Shown: piece by piece, positions 25,326 to 38,166 of the stretch
Position numbering within the stretch: the stretch's first letter is position 1
How the letters are laid out: each line of letters opens with the position of its first letter
Assembly: GCF_006345805.1 (NCBI RefSeq)
Contig: NC_043005.1
Span: 7,006,001 to 7,070,000, forward strand
Origin: Octopus sinensis
Taxonomy: Eukaryota
Length of the DNA stretch: 64,000 nucleotides
Direction of reading: 5' to 3'
Position numbers and translations under genes: made by a program
The notes under the pieces: model-generated
Seen by the model: only the letters and a program-made list of their open reading frames with translations
What the model was told of the DNA's origin: nothing
The model's database searches: none

Positions 25326-25605
25326 ATATATGTCAGCTGACTCCTAGTGCTACTGGTAATATGTGATCCAGTACAACTCTCATGGATATGCCATCAGCAA
25401 CTAAACCAGCAACCTTACCAAGCCTGCTTGGTAAGGAGCAGTTTGGGGGCAGGGATTTGTTGGACACCCATCAGGGCAAAAAAGAAAACTTGGGTGTGAG
25501 AGACCCCCTAATTTTTCTTTAGACATCAATCTAGGAGGAAAAAAACTCAGACATAACACCTGTGACTTTGCACCTAATGATGTAGATTAGTTCTTTGTTT
25601 TAGGC

Positions 25606-26037
25606 CAGGGGTCACCAATTTTTTTTCATGGCAGGCCAGATAACTGGGAGAATGATGAGTGTGGGCCTCATAACCATTTTGCTTAATACAATACAGTGAA
25701 TACACAAAAAAATAAAGACAATCAACACATGTATTTACCAAGAAGTTATCAAAGAAGTCATCATTAGCAATAATGATAGCTTTATCACACCTAGCGTGCA
25801 CATATCTGAATCTCACAAACTAAGTAACAAAAAAGGTTAGTGAGATGTGCTGACTTCACATACTTCATTTTTGGAAATGTTTGCTCACATCATAAGTTGT
25901 TCCAAACACTGATGCCATACCAGAGGCAAATGAACTCTCATTGCAGGTACTTACACAAAAAGTAGTGCAGCAGTGAGTCAGGTGAACTGATCCCATAGGC
26001 CAGATCCAGCCCACAGGCTGTAGTTTGATGACCCCTG
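25606..26037 (-). mobile_element. hAT (Charlie/SPIN-like) deletion derivative
   Basis: TIRs caggggtca(c/t)caa; 8-bp TSD ttttaggc/gtttaggc; internal remnant ASVFGTTY..KMKYVKS resembling the hAT dimerisation domain. Confidence 0.85.
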
Positions 26038-26395
26038 GTTTAGGCAAAAGCAAACATCTTGAGAGTGGGACTGGTCCTGTGCAAAGCCTTTCTTCTCTTT
26101 GAAATGCTTCAGGCACAGGCAGTTTGATTTTGAACATCTCTGTTGTGTATTGCATATTATGGCTGACCATAGCCTAAAAAGGGAAAACACTGAAAGAAAA
26201 AGTCCATGATGGAAGGAAATTATATGCTAGTATGGATGGTCAATTCACTGAACACCTGTTGCAAGAGGTGCGCCCCTCATTGCCACATCTGTGTAAAAGA
26301 CTATAGATCCCTAACAGGACTGCAGAGCCACATATGTGTTGCTTTAAGAGAATAATCAAATGATGACATTCCTCAAAATTGAGATGCAGCCACCA

Positions 26396-26413
26396 TTTAT
26401 GTATGTATGTATG

Positions 26414-26447
<34 letters not shown>

Positions 26448-26521
26448 TGCATATCTCTCTCTCTCTTTTTCTTCCTCCCTCTCTCTCACTCTCTCTATAT
26501 ATGTATATAAATATATATGTG

Positions 26522-26552
<31 letters not shown>

Positions 26553-26602
26553 ATATATATATATATATATATAATATATTTATATATATATATTTATAAA
26601 TG

Positions 26603-26651
<49 letters not shown>

Positions 26652-26690
26652 ATATGCATACGTGTGTGGTGTGTGTATATATTATGATTA
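26396..26690. repeat. compound (TATG)n/(CT)n/(TA)n microsatellite
   Basis: Direct reading. Confidence 0.95.
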
Positions 26691-27732
26691 GTATTGAAGA
26701 CACATATTAGCCAATCAAAAACACCAAATAATAACTGTTGACTTTAGTGACATTAGCAGCTTTTGTGCATTTTTTAAATGTCTAATAGGTATATATTGGA
26801 TGTGTATTTGTCAGGCAAGTGATTTGCTCTGAGACTATATATATATTGTGTGTGTATGTGTGTGTGCGTGTGTGTTTGTGTGTGTGTGTCTGTGTAAATA
26901 TATAATAAAATTTTGGTTTAAAATAATTCATTAACTGTAACTATTATTATTTCAAAAGAGTCAGTATAAAAATCTATTTTACAATAGTTTGATCATTTTA
27001 CTAGATAATTTGAGTTCAAACGATATTACTGTCGTTTCCATGAAAAGATACTTGTTTCATGAAAAGATACTTGTTTCTAGTATTCTACTCCTAATTTAGA
27101 AATTATATCAAGAATATTATTTCATAAATACTGTTTTCTGCTAATAATAGAATGACATTAATATAAAAGAACAGCTGACATAAACATTTTAAAAGTGAAA
27201 TACAAAATTACAGATAACATAGTAAAATAACAAGAAGTAAATTGAAAGCAAACTTTTTTTTTTAAAAAGTACTCTTTATTAATAATAGAAATCATCATAA
27301 AATTATATTTGAACATAAACAGTGAAATTATTAAATTAGAAGTTAGAAAGAATTGAAAAAAAAACACTTTAAAACATGTTTTTTTTTACTTTGAAATTTT
27401 ACTTTATGAAAGATGAAGCTGTCTGTTTGTTACCAATTTTTTAAAATTGTCTCTTCATTAAAAATTTAATATATATTTTTGGATTAATCAAGATAATAAT
27501 AAATAAGTTGGGAAGGAATATCAAAAAAAGTGTGATTAGATTCATCGATGTAAGTTACCTGTAGCTTCAAGTTGAAACTTTGGAGTAAAGAAGAAGAGAA
27601 AGGAATTCAATTTATTTAGAAGTTGAAGTGTTTGAATCTCATGTTCAACTGTGTGGAGAGCTGGGGCTTTTTTCTCCTAAAATAAATGTTTTTCTTATAA
27701 ATTGAAACGATTAAGTGTGAAATGTCTTAATT

Positions 27733-27950
27733 TTTATCCTTTACTTGTTTCAGTCTACTTGATTATGGCCATGGTTGGGCAATGCCTTGAAAGGTTTAGT
27801 GGAGCAAATTGACGTTAGTACTTATATTCTAAAGCTGGGTTCTTATTGTATTGATCTCTTTTACCAAAACGCAGCTGTCAAGAGGTGGTGGAGGACAAAC
27901 AAATACAAAGATACACAAACATAGGCAATCACACACACACACACACACAA
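27733..27950 (-). mobile_element. old SINE A 3' half
   Basis: ccttttacttgtttcagtc..ggagcaaattgac. Confidence 0.65.
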
Positions 27951-28060
27951 ACATTATATATATATATATATATAATAATATTAGGGAGTATAACTCCAAA
28001 CTTACAGGGAAAAATTCAATTTAGTATTAAATCAAATTTCACAATATAAATATATAATAT

Positions 28061-28174
28061 ATATAAATTAGAGATAAAACCACTATTATGCAACTCAAAC
28101 AGTGATAGACATAAACCAAAACATGTCTATCACTGTTTGAGTGGCATAATAGTGGTTTTATCTCTAATTTATAT
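28061..28174. repeat. near-perfect palindrome, 52-bp arms, 10-nt loop
   Basis: One mismatch (gcaact/gccact); a partial copy of the arm recurs at about 13250-13290. Confidence 0.95.
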
Positions 28175-28204
28175 TTTTTATTATATATATATATATATAT
28201 ACCT

Positions 28205-28352
28205 ACATAATATAGATCAGTAGCCATGATAGATTGGTAGCCACTACACGCATTTTTTCTCTCTCCTTGTTTTTTCTGTGTCCCTTTCTGTAGAAGAGCA
28301 TAGGCTCGAAATGTAAAAGACTTTTTCAATTTCCTGAGTGTTATACTAATAC
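28205..28352. mobile_element. family E, Penelope-pLTR-like repeat
   Basis: Reverse complement of 36230-36380; carries the hammerhead-like ctgtagaa-gagc-atag-gctc-gaaa. Confidence 0.6.
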
Positions 28353-28469
28353 AGCCTGGGACTATAGTAGAAGACACTTAGTCAAGGTGTCATGCAGTGG
28401 AACTGAACTTGGAACCATGTGGTTGCAGAGCAAACATCTTACTGCACAGCTACACCTGAACTTAATATA

Positions 28470-28888
28470 TACTCTTTACTCTTTACTCTTTTACTCTTTT
28501 ACTCTTTAACTTGTTTCAGTCATTTGACTGCGGCCATGCTGGAGCACCGCCTTTAGTCGAGCAAATCGACCCCAGGACTTATTCTTTGTAAGCCCAGTAC
28601 TTATTCTATCGGTCTCTTTTGCCGAAACGCTAAGTTACGGGGACATAAACACACCAGCATCGGTTGTCAAGTAATGCTTGGGGGACAAACACAGACACAA
28701 ACACACACACATGCACATATTTATATACATATATACGACAGGCTTCTTTCAGTTTCCGTCTACCAAATCCACTCACAAGGCATTGGTCGGCCCAGTGCCA
28801 TAGCAGAAGACACTTGCCCAAGATGCCACGCAGTGGGACTGAACCCGGAACCATGTGGTTGGTTAGCAAGCTACTTACCACACAGCCG
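28470..28888 (-). mobile_element. SINE A, full length, young (older head fragment at 28353-28458)
   Basis: (TTACTCT)n tail at the left; colinear with the 11108 copy. Confidence 0.93.
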
Positions 28889-29699
28889 AGGATCACTAAA
28901 ATATGTCCCAAACATTTTTTTTATTGAAATGACTTTGCAGACTGAAACTAATTTTGATTATAGAGTTCTACGGAAGCAGATAGGTAGCAGTAATAGAAGG
29001 TAAATAATCAATTATTTTTCTAGTTGATCGGGAAATAGCAAAATGTTATGGTGCAAGCTAGCTTTAGAAGTGTTCCAAAAACTTTCAATGATTCAATTAA
29101 GTGTTCAGGAAGTATTAAAACAGCTAAAAATATTTAACGAAGATGAATTCATTGATGAGATTATTAAAAATTCAGTCTGCAACTTCAATAAAAATGAATA
29201 CAAGCTATATCTAAATAAATATAAAGAAGCATATCAGCGAATGTTGCATAAAAAAGAAACACAAACACAGAGGAAGTTTATTTGATAGTAACAAAAAAAA
29301 TATTCAGTGATGCACAAGTATTAATGAAGGTATTGTTTAAAAATAAAGTGTAGACGCAGAAGTTGTGAATGAGATACAGAAAACGAATAAATTGCATTAT
29401 ATCAATACCAATGATGAACAAGGGAAACAAATTATTGGATAAGCACAAAATACTATCAACAATAAGACATGACAAACAAACTCCTTAGAGAACAGAGTAA
29501 AACATCAAATTGATATTAATTATAGGTTTAAAAAGACAGTTTTAGAAAATACCTGGCAAATAGTTCTTGAAATTACAGATCAACTATAAATATCTTGTAT
29601 TTCAATAAAATAAATTTTTATTAGAATAAATGTACTTGATTTGTTGAATTAGTATTTTATTATTCTAAGAATATAAAGAAAAATATACATCTATGCTTA

Positions 29700-30640
29700 T
29701 ATGCATACCTACATACACACATACATATATGCATACATGTATGTATTTATAAATGAATAAGTACCCATATATATTTATACATACATGCATACATATATAC
29801 ATACATACATGCATACATACATACATACATAAAAACATACATACATACATACAAACATAAATACATACGTGCATACATACATACATACATAAATACATAA
29901 ATACATACATAAATACATACACAAATATATACATACGTACATACGTACATACATACATACATACATATACACATACACGTACACTCATACACACACACAA
30001 ATAAACGTATGTATATATATATATGTGTGTGTGTTTGTGTGTATGTGCGTATAAACACATGCACATATATAGGTATACTTATATATAAATACATACACCT
30101 ACATGTACACACATATATATTTATGGAAACATACATGTAGGTATATATACACACACATCTAATATTATATTTGTGCATATGTCCATGTGTGTGTATGCAT
30201 GTATATATAACTATATAAAGAATGCATAAGTTACATTTATATATATATATATATGTATGTATATGTGTATGTGTGTGTATATATATATATACATATATAT
30301 AAATATATATATATACATATATATACATATATATATATATATATGCATAAGTATACATTTATTTGCATGTGTATATACATACATATATGTATATATATGT
30401 ATATGCACACATATCATATTTATACATAAAGTACACGCACACACACACACACATATACAATCATGCATTGAATAGTTGTATATGAATCCATAAATACATC
30501 ATACACACTAGCAGATGCATGAAAATATACCTATGCATGACTTTCATTTATACATACATGCATACATATATACATACATACATACATAAAAACATACATA
30601 CATACATACAAACATAAATACATACATAAATACATAGGTG
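29700..30640. repeat. long (TACA)n/(TA)n/(CA)n low-complexity tract
   Basis: Direct reading; source of the MYVC-repeat ORFs. Confidence 0.95.
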
Positions 30641-30648
30641 CATACATA

Positions 30649-31920
30649 CATCATCATCATCATCATCATCATCATTAACGTCCGCTTCCATGCTAGCATG
30701 GGTTGGACGGTTCAACTGGGGTCTGGGAGGAGCCCGAAAGCTGCACCAGTCCAGTCAGATCTGCAGTGTTTCTACAGCTGGATGCCTCCTAACGCCAACC
30801 AATCCGAGAGTGTAGGGGTGATTTTATGTGCCACCGACACAGGTGCCAGACGAGGCTGGCAAACGGCCACGCTCGGATGGTTGTTTTTATGTGCCACCGA
30901 CACAGGTGCCAGACGAGGCGGCAGACGGCACGCTCGGATGGTGTTTTTATGTGCCACCGACACAGGTGCCAGACGAGGCTGGCAGACGGCCACGCTCGGA
31001 TGGTGTTTTTATTGTGCCAACCGACACAGGTGCCAGACGAGGCAGGCAGACGGCCACGCTCGGATGGTGTTTTTATTTGTTATGCCATCCGACACAGGTG
31101 CCAGATGAGGCTGGCAAACGGCCACGATCGGATGGTGCTTGTTACGTGCCCAAAGCACGGAGGCCGTCGATGCGGTACTGGCTACGGCCACGTTCGGATG
31201 GTTTTCTTATGTGCCACGTCCCACCGGCACTGGTACAACAAAGATACAAATTCCATTGATGTTCACTATTTTGATTTGTTTTGATTTGATTTTGATTTCA
31301 CTTGCCTCAACAGGTCTTCACAAGTCACAAGAAGGAAGGTATGCACAGGTGGACTGACTACGTCCCGGTAGGGGCCATGGGTTATGGCCTGACTAGTTCT
31401 TGCCGGGTCTTCGGATGGTGGTTTTATGTGCCACCGACCCACAGGTGCTAGATGAGGCTGGCGAACGGCCACGATCGGATGGTGTTTGTCATGTGCCCAC
31501 CGCACTGACTACGGCACTGATGGATTTCTTGTGTGCCACAGGCACTGGTACCACAAGATACAAATTCCATTGATGTTCATCTTTTTGTCTATTTTGATTT
31601 GATTTGATTTGATTTGATTTGATTTTCACTTGCCTCAACCGGTCTTCACAAGTGTCACAAGAAGGGAGGTATGCACAGGTGGACTGACAGTCTTGCCGGG
31701 TCTTCGGAAGGTGTTTTTATTGTGGCCACCGACACAGGTGCCCGAGATGAGGCTGGCGAACGGCCATGATCGGATGGTGTTTGTTACGTGCCCACAGCAC
31801 GGAGGCCGGTCGATGCGGAAACTGGCTACGGCCACGTTCGGATGTTTCTCATGTGTGCACCGGCACTGGTACCACAAGTGTGTGCCACCGGCACTGGTAC
31901 CACAAAGATACAGATTCCAT
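30649..31920 (-). mobile_element. family B with internal array and a triplicated 300-350 bp module
   Basis: (CAT)n, core, about 6 units; the module ending cacttgcctcaac..gtatgcacaggtggactgac..cttgccgggtcttc repeats from about 31060, 31412 and 31707 (third copy partial). Confidence 0.85.
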
Positions 31921-32689
31921 ACATACATAAATACATATACACATATATACATACATACATACATACATACATACATACATACATACATACATGCATACAT
32001 GTATACATACATGCAGACATATATAAGTGAATAGAGATGGTCTCATAAGCCATGTTGATTGATTTTTTCCAATACCCAATACTATACCAAAAACTTTCTA
32101 TTTCTATACTACAACACACACACACACACACACACACCACACACACACACACACATACACACACACACATGCATGTCACATATATACACACATGCACAAA
32201 TATATTTTTTATTGTTTGACTCTTTCAGTGGTTTCAGTCAATGAACCTTGACCATACTGGAGCACTGCCTTGCTTCTATTTTATTATTATGTTTGCACAG
32301 CTTGAAGCTGATCTACAACTGAGTTAGCAGAGGATGATTTTCCTTCCTTGTACAGTTAACTGCTTTTCAGATTTTTCTATATGCTAGGCTACTGGTTTTG
32401 AATTGATGTTAATTAAATTTATTTAAAAAATATTCAATTTATCAACCTCATTATTTAAATTATATATGTAAATTATATACTGCATCAGTATTTTGGTTTG
32501 GGGTTCACCCAATGATTTTTTTGAATGTTTTGATAGAAATCGTTTTGTTTCTTATTTCTTTAGGTTGGCAGTTGAACACAGGTGGGCCCAGGATTGTTGC
32601 AGTTAAGTGTCATTGCTCATGATTTTGAAAATGGCATCTGTGGAAGCTGCTAATATACACCAGTTCTTGCGATAAAGTTTAATACATAC

Positions 32690-33377
32690 ATACATGCATA
32701 CATACATACATCATTCATACATACTACATAAATACATACATACATACATACCATACATACATGCATACATACATACATACATACTATATACATACATACA
32801 TACACTACATAAATACATACATAAATACATACATACATACATAACATACAGACATACATAACATACATAAATACATACTACATACATACATACATGCATA
32901 CATAATTACTACATAAACATACATACATCACACATACATAAATACATAAATACATATATACATACATACATACATACATACATGGGCATGCATACATCAA
33001 TATATACATACATACATACATACATACATACATACATAATACATACATACATACATGATACAACATACATTAATATACATACATACATACATAATACATA
33101 AATACATACATAAATACATATATACATACATACATACATACATACATACATAAATACATACATAAATACATATATACATACATACATACATACATACATA
33201 CATACATACATACATACATACATGCATACATACATACATACATACATACATAAATACATACATAAATACATATATACATACATACATACATACATACATA
33301 CATGCATGCATACATAAATATATACATACATACATACATACATACATACATACATACATACATACATACATACATAA
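32690..33377. repeat. about 690 bp (TACA)n satellite
   Basis: Direct reading. Confidence 0.97.
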
Positions 33378-34160
33378 GTTTATACCTGTAGTTATTGGAG
33401 CATAAGCATATGTAACACACTGCCTAAATACCAATCTTGAGACATTTGGCTTCTCAAAACCAGAAAGGAGAAAGCTGATCCAAAGACTACTAATCCAAGC
33501 CATCATTGGAACTGTAAAAATCTGTAAAACTCTCCAGAAGTTTAGCATTTAAGTATATATGAGCATATCTAGCTATGCAAGTATATGTATGAGAAGACGG
33601 CTGTGCGGTAAGTAGCTTGCTAACCAACCACATGGTTCCGGGTTCAGTCCCACTGCATGGCATCTTGGGCAAGTGTCTTCTGCTATAGCCCCGGGCCGAC
33701 CAATGCCTTGTGAGTGGATTTGTTAGATGGAACTGAAAAAGCCTGTCATATATAGTGTATATATATATATATATATAGTATTATAATGTATGTGTGAGTG
33801 TGTTTGTGGTGTCTGTGTTTGTCCCCCTAGCATTGCTTGTCAGCCGATGCTGGTGTGTTTACGTCCCCGTTACTTAGCGGTTCGGCAAAAGAGACCGATA
33901 GAATTAGTACTGGGCTTACAAAGAATAAGTCCCGGGGTCTATTTGCTCAACTAAAGGCGGTGCTCCAGCGTGGCCGCAGTCAAGTGACTGAAACAAGTAA
34001 AAGAGTAAGAGTATACATATCTGCATGTATACATATGTACATGCATACAAGAATACTTTGTTGTTTATGTTGGAATTCCAATGAAGGAGCCTCGGGTCTA
34101 AGTCAGAAACTGATTTTTTCTATATTGGTAAGAAATTTTGAAATAAAACTGAATGACATA
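33378..34160 (+). mobile_element. RLE-type LINE extreme 3' end, with a SINE A nested in its UTR
   Basis: IPVVIGA*AYVTHCLNTNLETFGFSKPERRKLIQRLLIQAIIGTVKICKTLQKFSI*, resembling the post-RLE IPxVxGALG region; the putative UTR resumes at 34013 and ends ..aaactgaatgacatacat. Confidence 0.65.
33596..34012 (+). mobile_element. SINE A, near full length, young
   Basis: Head almost identical to the 11108 copy. Confidence 0.93.
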
Positions 34161-34227
34161 CATGCATAAACACACACCCACACACACACACACACACGCC
34201 CATGCCAGCATAGACAATGGATATTAA

Positions 34228-34258
<31 letters not shown>

Positions 34259-34488
34259 CACACACATAAATTTATATAATATGCATACGATTTTACATAT
34301 GTATATATATATATATGGATAATATGAGTATGTGTCTATATACAGTTATGTTAAATATCTATATATATATATATATATACTTATTTACACATAACTGTAT
34401 ATAGACACATACTCATATTCATCCATACACAATTATATATGCATATACTGCTACACATATAACATGCATATTTTATACATATGTATGC

Positions 34489-34521
<33 letters not shown>

Positions 34522-35067
34522 TGTGCTTGTATATTGAATATAATTATGAGTAGGTGTGTGCATATACATAATTATACTTATATATATATAAACAAGCACA
34601 AATATATGGACATACATATACATATAGATATATATGTGTGTGTGTGTTTAAGTAATGTATGTATGTATGTATGTGCATATATATATATATACATATATAT
34701 ATGTATATATATATATATATATAACTATATACAACACATATATATATGTTATATATATATATAATATATATATGTATATATATACACACACACACACGGT
34801 TAGAGTTATACAAATATACATATACATACATAGAAAACAAAACAAAACATGTAAAATTGTTTATAAAGTATTTAGTTTCTCCATTTCATGTGCATTTCAT
34901 TGACAGAGGGTAAATATTAGCTCTGTAATGAGAATAACATAATCGAATCTTATTGTCATATTGTCAGGGACATGGAACATATATATCTAACATCATGGCA
35001 GAATGATGACAGAATTTCTCATTGTGGAGAGATTATCAACTTACAAAAAGGGCTAGTGGAAGCATGA

Positions 35068-35102
<35 letters not shown>

Positions 35103-35131
35103 TGTATGATATATATATATATATATATATA

Positions 35132-35205
<74 letters not shown>

Positions 35206-35260
35206 CATATAATATCATAATATATATGTGTATATATATATGTATGTATATATATATATA

Positions 35261-35465
35261 CTAGGTTGTTGCAGGTGGCACGTAAAAAGCACCCACTACA
35301 CTCACGGAGTGGTTGGCGTTAGGAAGGGCATCCAGCTGTAGAAACATTGCCAAATTAGACTGGAGCCTGGTGCAGCCTTCTGGCTTCCCAGAACCCCGGT
35401 CGAACCGTCCAACCCATGCTAGCATGGAGAACGGACGTTAAACGACGATGATGATGATGATGATG
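35261..35465 (+). mobile_element. family B RTE 3' end
   Basis: Core plus (GAT)n; 5' junction in (TA)n. Confidence 0.92.
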
Positions 35466-35645
35466 TTGAGGAAAAAGTTCATGTGCCGTGTTAAAATATT
35501 GATTTTAATGCAAGAATTTATTAAAAAAAACAACTATTCTTCAAAACATAGCGCATGAACTTTTTCCTCAACGTAATACATATATATACACACATGTGCA
35601 TACGCAAACGCACATATCTATATTCACACACACACATATATATAA

Positions 35646-36061
35646 TTTGCCCGCTCGTGGCCGTTTGCCAGCTCTGTCTGGCAACCGTGTCGGTGGCACG
35701 TAAAAGCACCATCCGCTCGTGGCCGTTTGCCAGCTCTGTCTGGCAACCGTGTCGGTGGCACGTAAAAGCACCATCCGTTCGCGTCCGTTGCCAGCATCGC
35801 CTGGCCCCGTGCCGGTGACACATAAAAGCACCATCCGTTCGTGGCCGTTCGCCAGCTCTGTCTGGCACCTGTGCAGGTGGCACGTAAAAAACACCCACTA
35901 CACTCGCGGAGTGGTTGGCGTTAGGAAGGGCATCCAGCCGTAGAAACACTACCAGATCTGACTGGGCCTGACGAAGCCTTCCAGCTTCACAGACCCCAGT
36001 TGACCCGTCCAACCCATGCTAGCATGGAAAGCGGACGCTAAACGATGATGATGATGATGAT
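35646..36061 (+). mobile_element. family B RTE 3' end with 4 internal units
   Basis: Nearly identical to the reverse complement of 16305-16600 (same subfamily). Confidence 0.92.
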
Positions 36062-36130
36062 ATACATACATATATATACACACACACATATATATATACA
36101 TACATATATATACACACACACACACATATA

Positions 36131-36176
<46 letters not shown>

Positions 36177-36182
36177 ATATAT

Positions 36183-36380
36183 ATAGGGAGAGTTCACAAA
36201 AAAAACAAAAGACGAAGACAGGTAGTGTATAAAACAAACAGATGTATTAGTATAGCACTCAGGAATAGAAAAAGTCTTTTATGTTTCGAGCCTATGCTCT
36301 TCTACAGAAAGGGACACAGAAAAAACAAGGAGAGAAACAAGGAGAGAAAAAAATGTGTGTAGTGGCTACCGATCTATCAT
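36183..36380. mobile_element. family E, Penelope-pLTR-like repeat
   Basis: Matches 28205-28352 inverted; follows a TA/TG tract. Confidence 0.6.
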
Positions 36381-36767
36381 ATATGTATATACATATTAAC
36401 AAAACATGTAAAATGGTATAGTATAGCTAAATATTTTAGAAACCATATCATACTCTGGTTTGTTGTCTACATATGCTCTGTGTAGTACTTAAACCAAGAC
36501 TTCATAATAAAGGATACCATCCCAATAAATGAATGAATATACATCTGGAGTTGTAAATTCTTGTTATTTGTCATGCAGTTTAAATTGCAATGGATGAATA
36601 TAAAAATATATTCATACGTATATAAAAATATGCATGTATCTGTGTGTGTGCATACATATTCATTTGCATATATATATATAAACATACATATATATTCAAG
36701 TCACAATATATGGATTCAATTAACCCGGTGGTACTCATAAAACATGTGAGTATGTGTATACTTGTGA

Positions 36768-36784
36768 GTGTGTGTGTGTGTGTA

Positions 36785-36864
<80 letters not shown>
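36768..36864. repeat. (GT)n microsatellite
   Basis: Direct reading. Confidence 0.98.
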
Positions 36865-36867
<3 letters not shown>

Positions 36868-36894
36868 ATGTTTATAAGTAAAAATATATAAATA

Positions 36895-38166
36895 TTGGGT
36901 CAAGTCATTAATAATTTCCATTTTTTGGAAGTGAATTGTAAAAACACATTTTGAACTTTAGATGTTTAAAATTCAAATGGAAATGACTGTTTTTAAAAGA
37001 GCCTTGTTTGCCATTCATATTTAAGCAGTGAAAGCATGCTCATCATAGTTTAATATTAAATTCCACCACCCTAAAGTAGATGAACTGAAAGTGCATATTC
37101 AACATGTGATGTGGGAGTTTAAGAATGGGAAAAACATCAGAGAAACAGCTATTAAAATATGCAGTGTTTGTGGCCAAGGTGTCATTACTGACTGGCGAGT
37201 GCAAAATTGGTTTTCAAAGTTTCGTTTCTGAGATTTGTCACTGAGAGTTCAACTCAGACCAGAATGTTCATTGTACTTCGAATAAGATGCTTTAAGAGAA
37301 TTAGTGGAATTCAATTCTTGTAAAAGTACTCAACAACTGACTTCAACACATCCCAATCCATCATCTACCTCCACTTGGAAACAATAGGAGAAGTCAGCAA
37401 GCTGGGTGTTTGGGTTCCCCATACTCTCACAGATAAGAATAGGGAAGATCGCACGTCCATAGCAACAAGTCTTCTTCCAAGGCAGAGAAATAAACCATTT
37501 CCCAATAATATCATTACAGGTGATAAAAAATGGGTCTTTTATGAGAATGTTCAATGCAAAAGGCAGTGGATGGACAAGGATAAATCTCCACATCCTACCT
37601 CAAGGGCTGAGCACCATAGAAGGAAGGTTATATTGTGTGTATGGTGGGATTACCATGGTATTATTCATTTTGAGTTTTTAAACCACAATCAAACACTAAA
37701 TGCTGACTTATCCTCTCAACAGCTGCAACATGGGCATGAAAATCTTTTAAGAAAACGCCCTGCATTCATCAACAGGAGAAACATTTTGCTTTTCCTTCAT
37801 AAAGCAAGACCATATTCAGCAAGAATCACGCAGCATAAAATATTGGATTTGGGCTGGTCTCTTTTACCCCATCCACTGTATTCACTAGACCTTGCACCAA
37901 CTAATTTCCATCTTCTTCGCCTCTGCAAAATGCTCTGAGAGGAAAGATATTTTCTCAGGAAGATCAGATGAAAACATAAGAGAAAAGTTTCTTCACGTCA
38001 AAGCCAGCTGCATTTTACTCAAAAGGAATCAGAAAACTACCTGATAAATGACAAGAGGTCATTCAAAATAATGGCAACTGTACTGATAATTGAAAATAAT
38101 TCTTTTTAAAATATTTTCATGAGTAAAGGTGTTTAACAAAATCAGTCATCCTTTGACTCAACCCAA
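36895..38166 (+). mobile_element. full-length mariner element (about 1.27 kb), transposase pseudogenised
   Basis: TA-flanked TIRs ttgggt(ca/tg)agtca; transposase from about 37077 to 38093 with WVPHTL, ITGDKKW and YSLDLAPTNFHL motifs; stops and frameshifts. Confidence 0.92.

Noticed and set aside
27558-27650. Minus-strand 90-nt open exon candidate or 19-nt microexon
   Set aside because: Isolated, with ambiguous acceptors and no homology; cannot be supported without RNA data.
29665-35264. Many long [12 protein letters not shown] ORFs (also 12755-13173 and 55974-59776)
   Set aside because: Translations of (TACA)n, (TA)n, (CA)n and (CT)n microsatellites.
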